From a virus (taxonomy: Duplodnaviria > Caudoviricetes): 31,321 nt of DNA. A program made the translations under genes and the position numbers. Where the stretch lies: IMG/VR virus record IMGVR_UViG_3300005512_000205, positions 1 to 31,321 of that record, one strand, 5' to 3'. Below, in pieces: positions 24,504-31,321 of this stretch (position 1 is its first letter; every line of letters starts with the position of its first letter). The notes under the pieces were generated by a model. That model was not told the DNA's origin. It saw only the letters and a program-made list of their open reading frames with translations, and did no database searches.

Positions 24504-26147
24504 CTACCAATCGGAATTATAAGAACGAACTACTGGGCTCCAACGAGTTCCATATTCATCTATAATAGTTTCTCCATAATCATTTACACCATCATCAATA
24601 AAACCGAATGGAGCCATGTCTTGTTCTAGTTGATGTTGTTGTTCGTGATACATTCTAGCACGAATATCATCATCTGTCAACTCTTTAAAGTAGGTTTGTT
24701 CTATCAACCATCCAAACAATACACAACACATAGCAAGGTCATCAGTGTGTCCTTCTTCTGCCTCAAAGGATTGTCCTTTAAGAATAAATGTAGAGAATTC
24801 GTTTATTAAATCATAATCATTGATAATTATCTTATCTGTCTCAACAATCTGTTTAAGGTTAGAACATCCAAGTCTCTTTACAGCCTTAGTGGTTCTCACA
24901 CCTAATTGTGCTTTTCCACCAGAGAACCCGCCGCCAACCACCTGACCCGCACGCCCACGCATGGAAGCCATAATAAGGTTCTCATACTCTAAGTCAAACT
25001 GTAGTGCAGTTGCAACCTGTTCACCAATATCATTTACTTCAACTAGAATATATGCTTGGTTGTATGCTTTCGCAACATCATAGATAATGTTAGGAAAAAG
25101 TAAAGGTTTGATTTCGTTATTACGATATTTTGCAACAATATTGTAAGGAACTGTAGATACATCAAATACGATAAATGCTGAATAATCATTGTTTGTTCCT
25201 CTTGCAACGTCAGCAACTACAACATATGTTGAACCCTCTTTGGGTTTTACATACATATCCAATCCAGCATTTGACTGAATAGGATTTAGGAATGCCATAG
25301 ACTTAATCTTTGCAGGAGCAATCAAAGTATTTGCAGAACCTAAAAACTCACATTCAAATTCTCTTCTGAACTGTTCTTCTGAGGTGTTTGCAATAGTCTC
25401 CTGTCTCCATTTGTCATCACGGCCAGGCACTTCACTCCAATGAACATCAATAATATTATAAGAGTTTCTTTTGTTCTCTGCATCCACCCATAACTTGTAG
25501 AATAGATTCATACCGTTTGGTGTAGATACAATAATAACCTTTGTAGACTTACCAGATGAAATTGTAGGATACACAGAACTAAAGAAGTCTTCTGCAACAT
25601 TAGTTGGAACGAATGCAAATTCGTCCAAGAAGATCATGTTATAAGAACCACCACGAACAGCAGATGATGATGTGGATGATGCAACTACACGAGAACCATT
25701 CTCCAAATCAAGAGAACCTTTATTCCAAGACATAACTCCTTGTTGTAACCATTTAGGAAGGTTTTCATATGCGAGTTGAAGTCGTGAAAGAATATCTCTT
25801 GCAGTAGAAGCTTTGTTGGCAAGAATTGCAACATTCATGTTTGCGTTAAAAAGAATGTAATGTAGAATATAAGATACCAGAGTAGTAGATTTACCACTCT
25901 GTCTAGGCATTTTACATATTGTAAAACGATTATTGTGAATTGTTCCCACCATATCTTTTTGAAATGGGAACATTTTAAAAGGAACTAACCCTTCATCCAA
26001 AGAAACAATCTTAATGTAATTTTGAATAAAGTGCAGTGGGTCTTCCATGCACTTTTGATATTCTATAATTTGTTCTTTTGTCCACTCTACAGGAACATTA
26101 GATTTTTTTAAAAGTGGATTTCCAAGATAGTGATCATAATTTGACAT
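24504..26147 (-). CDS. gp17: Terminase large subunit
   Basis: YLGNPLLK, MPRQSGKST, IFLDEFAFV, VSTPNG, ADVARG, DDLAM. Confidence 0.98.
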   Translation of the reverse strand: MSNYDHYLGNPLLKKSNVPVEWTKEQIIEYQKCMEDPLHFIQNYIKIVSLDEGLVPFKMFPFQKDMVGTIHNNRFTICKMPRQSGKSTTLVSYILHYILFNANMNVAILANKASTARDILSRLQLAYENLPKWLQQGVMSWNKGSLDLENGSRVVASSTSSSAVRGGSYNMIFLDEFAFVPTNVAEDFFSSVYPTISSGKSTKVIIVSTPNGMNLFYKLWVDAENKRNSYNIIDVHWSEVPGRDDKWRQETIANTSEEQFRREFECEFLGSANTLIAPAKIKSMAFLNPIQSNAGLDMYVKPKEGSTYVVVADVARGTNNDYSAFIVFDVSTVPYNIVAKYRNNEIKPLLFPNIIYDVAKAYNQAYILVEVNDIGEQVATALQFDLEYENLIMASMRGRAGQVVGGGFSGGKAQLGVRTTKAVKRLGCSNLKQIVETDKIIINDYDLINEFSTFILKGQSFEAEEGHTDDLAMCCVLFGWLIEQTYFKELTDDDIRARMYHEQQHQLEQDMAPFGFIDDGVNDYGETIIDEYGTRWSPVVRSYNSDW

Positions 26148-26156
26148 AGCATGGTT

Positions 26157-26594
26157 TTATGGTTTTGTCGGCCATCCGACAGAACTTTCCTCTACATTAC
26201 CAAAATCATCCCACTGAACATCAGAAAGATCTCCTAGATTATCTGTAATATCTCTTAGAGCTTGACGATAGGTTCTCCATTCATCACTCATAGTTACATC
26301 AGAGTTTGCCATCCAATCACTTTCAGCAAGTTTTTTATTTCTTTGTTCTCTGATATTATCAATAATTTTTTGTCTTTTAGATAGATCGTAATTTTCTATA
26401 ACTTGTTCATAAGACAATGGAGAGTAGTCTAGGAAAGTTTGATTTCCGTCAATGTCAACTCCATCAAGCCATTTAACTTTTTCCCTGAAAGCTTCATTAC
26501 TAGTAATTTCATCTGGATCGCCAACAATTGTAAAATTTATATTTACATTATGTGTTTTTTTAGCGTAATGAATCATATCTATAATACTAAACAT
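26157..26594 (-). CDS. Tail fibre assembly chaperone
   Basis: IREQRNKKLAESDW..WRTYRQALRDIT..WPTKP signature. Confidence 0.85.
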   Translation of the reverse strand: MFSIIDMIHYAKKTHNVNINFTIVGDPDEITSNEAFREKVKWLDGVDIDGNQTFLDYSPLSYEQVIENYDLSKRQKIIDNIREQRNKKLAESDWMANSDVTMSDEWRTYRQALRDITDNLGDLSDVQWDDFGNVEESSVGWPTKP

Positions 26595-26607
26595 ATTCTA
26601 TTAACCC

Positions 26608-28215
26608 CTATACAATAATTAATGTGCAGTGAAATGGTGCGTAAGTTGCCTGACCACCACCGGCTTCACCAGCAATAATCAAATCACTACCATTGGTAAA
26701 CGCATCTTTTACTTGGACAGTGAAATTATAAGTTGAACCGGCCGTTAATCCTGCTTGGTTATTATTTACATCAAAATCTAACAGGTTTACATGATTGCAA
26801 AATGTATTCCAGTTAGTTCCCATGGTGGGCCCAACCAATTGATGAATACCAAATCCCCAACTACCATCTCCAATATATGCACTTCCAGAAATCGAACCAC
26901 CTGTAACTCTTAATCTAAATCCTGTATGATTAAGGCTGGACATTCCATTATTTCTGAATACTCCATATAACCAGAATGGCATCACTCTGACATGATTAGG
27001 AATAAAGACATTGTTTAATGATAGAGCGGTATCAACCCAACCAGTAGTTACAAACTGTGGAGTTGAATTTTCAGCAAAATAAACATTTCTGGCATGAGAT
27101 ACTAGATAAGAATCTTCAATATACATTTGAGTTCTACTCGATCCACCATTTTGTGTTCCATCAATAGTAACCCTTCTTTCATATCCATCCATATTTGAGA
27201 TTACATTACCAGCTGTTCCAGCATTACCAGTGTGGAAGAATATTTTTCCATCAAACATTCTGATAGAACTATACTCATCATTTCGATAATATCTCCAATT
27301 ACTGCCATCATAATATGCATTGTTTGAATAAAGAGATTGATAAGTTACAACATCACCTAAAATTGTTCTGTCACCAGCAACAAGAGATGCTGTTCCAGTA
27401 GCAGGAGGTGATGTATTATACAAAGAAAGTTGTGTTTGATTTGTATTAGTAAGTCTTGCTCTTTCAGTATTACCAGTGCCAAATACAATTGGGCCTGCTT
27501 CTGAGTTATTAACAATTGCAGTGACATTTTGAAGGCTCATTGCAAACCCTCTGTTTGCACCAGCAGCAGGATCAGTTAATTTAAGAGTTGCACCATTGCC
27601 TGGATTGTTGATATTTACAACTGAACCAGAAGAATTTACAGCTATTCCAGCAAGACTAGAATCTATAGATACTGGAATAGCTACAGGTCGTGAACCAAGA
27701 GACACATTTCCAGAAACATCTGAATGAAATGGTTGATATACGATTGAAGCATTATCTGACTCAGAGTTCAGTGCTATCGATCCAACTGTTGATGAATCTG
27801 GCCCAGCACTAATAAATCTAGACACATTACTACCAGTTATATCTATTGTTGTAGAACTAGCGGGTGTGTTGATTGCCGCTCCAGTTGATGTTAATGCACC
27901 ACTAACTTGAAGTTTTTCTTGTGGGGATGTTGTGCCGATGCCTATTCTATCATTTGTGCTGTCTAGGTAGAGAAGTCCAGAATCGTAATCTAGATTATTA
28001 GCTAATTTTGCTCCAGTAACAGCACCAGCACTAATTTCGGCAGTCTCTACAGAGTTAGCCGCCAAGTCAACTGCAGCAATAACATCTACACCAATTTTTG
28101 CACTGTTTACTGAGTCATTACCAAGTTTTACAGTAGTAACAGCACCATCAGCAAGTTTTGCGGTTGAAATACCACCGTCACCGATTGCCGTATTTTTAAT
28201 TCTGGTTAATGGCAT
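26608..28215 (-). CDS. Tail fibre / receptor-binding-like protein
   Basis: N-terminal 10-aa repeats (DGAVTTVKLG type), RIGIGTTSP, G/S/T/N-rich body; followed by a fibre chaperone. Confidence 0.75.
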   Translation of the reverse strand: MPLTRIKNTAIGDGGISTAKLADGAVTTVKLGNDSVNSAKIGVDVIAAVDLAANSVETAEISAGAVTGAKLANNLDYDSGLLYLDSTNDRIGIGTTSPQEKLQVSGALTSTGAAINTPASSTTIDITGSNVSRFISAGPDSSTVGSIALNSESDNASIVYQPFHSDVSGNVSLGSRPVAIPVSIDSSLAGIAVNSSGSVVNINNPGNGATLKLTDPAAGANRGFAMSLQNVTAIVNNSEAGPIVFGTGNTERARLTNTNQTQLSLYNTSPPATGTASLVAGDRTILGDVVTYQSLYSNNAYYDGSNWRYYRNDEYSSIRMFDGKIFFHTGNAGTAGNVISNMDGYERRVTIDGTQNGGSSRTQMYIEDSYLVSHARNVYFAENSTPQFVTTGWVDTALSLNNVFIPNHVRVMPFWLYGVFRNNGMSSLNHTGFRLRVTGGSISGSAYIGDGSWGFGIHQLVGPTMGTNWNTFCNHVNLLDFDVNNNQAGLTAGSTYNFTVQVKDAFTNGSDLIIAGEAGGGQATYAPFHCTLIIV

Positions 28216-28216
28216 C

Positions 28217-28636
28217 TTAGTTTTTTCCCTTTAACATCTTTTGTAATTCAGCAGTAGAACCAACAAATAATGCGTTAGTTACATTTTGTGGCGCAGAGTT
28301 GGGAACTTCTTTGAGTTTCTTCATCTTTGCCTGTAAGTCACCAAGTTTTTCTGTAACCTCAGCAACCTGTTTAATTAAGTTCCCAGCAACCTCATAGGTT
28401 CTAGGGTGTTCTGATTCTCTTGCAAGGTCAAGAATACCATCAATTGCATCTTGTCCTCTTTCAATCAGATTATAAAAATTCTCTCGCTGATATTTATAAT
28501 CGTTGTCAACATCTTCATCATTTAGTTTTGTTTCGGGAACAATAACAGGTTTAGGTGGAGATACTTCTCTAGTCACCATCTCCACCGGCTCTGTAATACC
28601 TAAAACATTATCCAAAATATCAGTCTGATTGCTCAT
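28217..28636 (-). CDS. gp16: Terminase small subunit
   Basis: DYKYQRENFYNLIERGQDAI..ESEHPRTYEVAGNLIK..NALFVGSTAELQKML. Confidence 0.95.
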   Translation of the reverse strand: MSNQTDILDNVLGITEPVEMVTREVSPPKPVIVPETKLNDEDVDNDYKYQRENFYNLIERGQDAIDGILDLARESEHPRTYEVAGNLIKQVAEVTEKLGDLQAKMKKLKEVPNSAPQNVTNALFVGSTAELQKMLKGKN

Positions 28637-28847
28637 CTGCTTCTTCTTTTTGTGGAAGCAAACCCTTTAGTTCATCAAACAAAACTTGTCTCGCAACTCT
28701 GAGTTGTTCAATTTCAAAGGACAAGTCCGCTTCTATTTGATTGGACTTTGCAAGACTGTTAATTACTTTAATAGTCTTTTCATCCAAGTCATCAATAGCA
28801 TAATCAACACCATCAATATTAATCATTTTTTTAGTTTCTTCAGTCAT
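28620..28847 (-). CDS. Hypothetical protein (75 aa, acidic, coiled-coil)
   Basis: GGAG SD and upstream late box; INIDGVDYAIDDL. Confidence 0.7.
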   Translation of the reverse strand: MTEETKKMINIDGVDYAIDDLDEKTIKVINSLAKSNQIEADLSFEIEQLRVARQVLFDELKGLLPQKEEADEQSD

Positions 28848-28878
28848 AGTATTTTCACTCCATTATGTGATTGTGTAT

Positions 28879-28886
28879 TATTTATG
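28879..28886 (-). promoter_or_regulatory. Late promoter variant for the 75-aa gene and gp16
   Basis: CATAAATA in the intergenic gap. Confidence 0.6.
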
Positions 28887-28893
28887 TGGACTA

Positions 28894-30504
28894 TTAAAGT
28901 CCAGCATCAGTAAGTCTAGTCTCAAGTTCTTCAATTCTTGCAATTGCAGATTTCAGTGCAGCAGTTAAAACTGGAACTAATTGTGATTGATCAAGTTGTT
29001 GTGGAACAATTTCTCCATCTTCATCAACTTCATCTTTATCTCTTGTAACAGCTTGTGGAATTCCAGCCTCTGAAACTTCATGGGCAAAAAATCCCATTAC
29101 TGTTTCTTCTGGATCATTAATCCAATTATATCTAATAGGCCGTAAAGATTTAATTAAATCAATACCATCTTCAATATCTACATCATTTTCTTTTAGTCTG
29201 TAGTCTGATGAGGTGTTAAAACTAACACTACCTGTTCCGTTTTGAGTAACAGAACCAATCTGGGTAGCATTGCGTCTGAACTCTATGAAACTAGTGCCAC
29301 TATTTCCATTTGAATTACCTATACCAATAGTTCCACCTCTTTGTAAAGAGATGCCAGGGTTTGGAGTAGTAGATGTTGTTCCTACCAGAACCTGACCGTC
29401 ACTTCTTACAGCAAATGCTGTTCTTCCTGTAGTAATATTATCCTTAACAATAAATGAGTTTCTACTTGAAGTAGAACCGTGTTTTTGATAAATTGTAAAA
29501 GCATCTGTTCCATCAAATGATTGAGCTTCAAAGTAATGACCATTAACACTCTGATCACAAATTCTTGCTTGTAGTGTGGTAGAATGATATGCTTGAAGTT
29601 TTGATGCTGGACTAGCAATACCAACACCAATATTTCCACCATTAGTTATTGTAAATACATTATCTCCATCACCAGCGACTGTTAAGTAACCTCTATTATC
29701 TGCTCTATCATAACCCAAAATAATTGCATTATCAGAAGATGCAGCATCACCAAGATAAATTTGAGGATCATGGGATGTTGAAATAAATGTTGCTACTCTT
29801 TGTGCTGAGGCTGTTGCAACATGAAGTGGTGAAGTTGGGTTAGATTCTCCAATGCCGACATAACCACTGCTATTAATTTCTAGTCTGTTCGCATCATTAA
29901 CTCTAAGTTTCATTTGATCAGTGCCGTGATCGTATGTTATTCCACCACGAACCCAATCTGGATCAGAACTAGCATCTGCAAAAAAAATATTTCCAGTATC
30001 ACCAGTTCCAGAACCAGAGTAAATTGTTATTCCCTCATCGCCAGATCCGTCACCCACGACAAGTCTATTGCCTTGAGAATTAAATACTGATGGGGTGTCA
30101 TTTCCTATTCCAACATGACCAGTTGGTAATATCCACATTGCCACAGAATTGTTTGAAACCACTTCAGTGTTGTGATTTGTGACAGAACCTAATCTGATAG
30201 ATTGATTTTGAAGTGCTTGGATACCACCAGATAAATTTCCAGTTGTAGTGGTTGCCATAATTTCTACATTTGCTGAATTCTCAACTTCAAAATCATACGC
30301 TGGGCCTGTAGTTCCAATGCCAACTCTACTATTAACAGTATCTAGATACAAAAGTCCAGATTGATAATTAAATGGTGTAGTGAGTTCTGCACCACTAATC
30401 ACACCATCTTGAATCTCTGCTGCGGTGATAGCATTTGCAGCAATATCTTCTGCTGCAATGACATCAACCCCAATAGATCTTGATATAACTTGTCTAATTG
30501 CCAT
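28894..30504 (-). CDS. Tail fibre protein with C-terminal intramolecular chaperone (Peptidase S74)
   Basis: Five GxVGIGxxxP-like repeats; TSSDYRLKEN..GFFAHEV..LVPVLTAALK..IEELE. Confidence 0.88.
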   Translation of the reverse strand: MAIRQVISRSIGVDVIAAEDIAANAITAAEIQDGVISGAELTTPFNYQSGLLYLDTVNSRVGIGTTGPAYDFEVENSANVEIMATTTTGNLSGGIQALQNQSIRLGSVTNHNTEVVSNNSVAMWILPTGHVGIGNDTPSVFNSQGNRLVVGDGSGDEGITIYSGSGTGDTGNIFFADASSDPDWVRGGITYDHGTDQMKLRVNDANRLEINSSGYVGIGESNPTSPLHVATASAQRVATFISTSHDPQIYLGDAASSDNAIILGYDRADNRGYLTVAGDGDNVFTITNGGNIGVGIASPASKLQAYHSTTLQARICDQSVNGHYFEAQSFDGTDAFTIYQKHGSTSSRNSFIVKDNITTGRTAFAVRSDGQVLVGTTSTTPNPGISLQRGGTIGIGNSNGNSGTSFIEFRRNATQIGSVTQNGTGSVSFNTSSDYRLKENDVDIEDGIDLIKSLRPIRYNWINDPEETVMGFFAHEVSEAGIPQAVTRDKDEVDEDGEIVPQQLDQSQLVPVLTAALKSAIARIEELETRLTDAGL

Positions 30505-30535
30505 TTACTTTCTTCCTTTAGGAATTCTTTTCTAT

Positions 30536-30543
30536 TATTTATT
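30536..30543 (-). promoter_or_regulatory. Late promoter variant overlapping the gp15 stop
   Basis: AATAAATA upstream of the fibre gene SD. Confidence 0.5.
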
Positions 30544-31321
30544 CATCCTGTCCAGTTACAGGATTATAATCTTTTGCATCCTCAAAGAAACTTGTCGTTT
30601 CATTAAATCCAAAGTTATCATCGTCTGGATCAAAATCAGAAGCGGCAACATTTGTTGGTGTTGGTGCAACTGTATATCTTTGTTCTCTTGTAGGCGCATT
30701 AACTGGAGTATTTGCATACTGATCCACTTGAACATTTCTAATAATATTGGTAGAAGTGACAGGCCCATATAGATAATATTTTGCAGTAAATGCTAGAGTA
30801 TATATGATTGAGCGTCTACTAGTAAAGTCACCCTCATAATCATCTTCATATGAAATACTATTCAATACGATTGGAACATCACGAATAATTTCCAACTCTG
30901 GAAGTTCTCTCAAAGTTACTGTATATTCTGGTTGAAAGTATGGAAGAATCTGTTCTACAATTTGTAGTGCATCATCTGAATTTTTTGCCATCACATACAA
31001 TTCAAAATCAACATTATATGGAACAGGCATGAACCCAGACTTTAATTGCTCATTGTCTGTGCCATCTGTTACCTTCTTAACCTTCATTACTTTGTTAAGT
31101 TTTCTAGTTACATCATATGTCAAACCAGAAATCTCAAACCCAATACGAGGAAGTGTAACTGCTACCTTTTTTGCAAGGTTAGGGTCTTCTGTCAATCTTG
31201 ACAACCACTTCTGTTTTGGCCCATATGCAAGAGGTACTTTCATGGACTGCGTAACATTACCGTTAGCGTCCTTTTTTGTAAGTTGAATTTGGTTAAAAAG
31301 TGTTCCAAATGCTACTACTAC
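30539..31321 (-). CDS. gp15: Tail sheath stabiliser / terminator protein; start lies outside the window
   Basis: Frame is open to the edge: VVVAFGTLFNQI..KVPLAYGPKQKW..TLPRIGFE..PVPYN..QIVEQILPYFQP. Confidence 0.95.
   Translation of the reverse strand, partial: VVVAFGTLFNQIQLTKKDANGNVTQSMKVPLAYGPKQKWLSRLTEDPNLAKKVAVTLPRIGFEISGLTYDVTRKLNKVMKVKKVTDGTDNEQLKSGFMPVPYNVDFELYVMAKNSDDALQIVEQILPYFQPEYTVTLRELPELEIIRDVPIVLNSISYEDDYEGDFTSRRSIIYTLAFTAKYYLYGPVTSTNIIRNVQVDQYANTPVNAPTREQRYTVAPTPTNVAASDFDPDDDNFGFNETTSFFEDAKDYNPVTGQDE

Noticed and set aside
24504-26147. Intein or intron in the terminase
   Set aside because: Continuous 547-aa ORF of normal size with motifs in order.
26608-30504. Diversity-generating retroelement or invertible fibre switch
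   Set aside because: No reverse transcriptase or recombinase in the window and no near-identical DNA repeat; similarity is at protein level only.
2740-31286. Numerous 60-116 aa antisense or alternate-frame ORFs inside core genes
   Set aside because: They lie within well-supported genes and show no recognisable motifs; expected from codon bias.
1-31321. CRISPR array, rRNA/tRNA genes, stop-codon reassignment
   Set aside because: No spaced repeats or RNA-gene signatures were seen. Core genes are full length under the standard code, and TAA, TGA and TAG all serve as stops.

Overview
AT-rich core-genome segment of a T4-like myovirus, most likely a marine phage of a heterotrophic proteobacterium. 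The host is an inference: gene order resembles cyanophages/pelagiphages, there is no gp24, and no photosynthesis genes appear in this window. All genes but one are on the minus strand. Right to left: gp15 (partial), two tail-fibre-like cassettes flanking gp16, gp17, a lone plus-strand degenerate HNH gene, the gp18-19-20-67-68-X-21-22-23 tail/head block, gp3, uvsY, uvsW, gp55, gp47/46, a small adenine methyltransferase, peptide deformylase, DUF932, hsp20, a DUF3310-like gene, gp45/44/62, regA, a RimK-protease fusion and gp43 (partial, absent from the ORF track). Sigma70-type TTGAC-N17-TAxxxT promoters and T4-late TATAAATA boxes are clearly readable. The most interesting items are: (1) a RimK ligase fused to a RimB-like DTG protease, with an N-terminus resembling the T4 capsid-targeting sequence; (2) two unexplained multi-stem intergenic RNAs (7340-7432, 15310-15398); (3) a ROSE-like hsp20 leader; (4) a hairpin that hides the portal RBS and encloses a late promoter; (5) an orphan antisense promoter aimed at uvsW. 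All calls come from motif recognition by eye; no database search was run.
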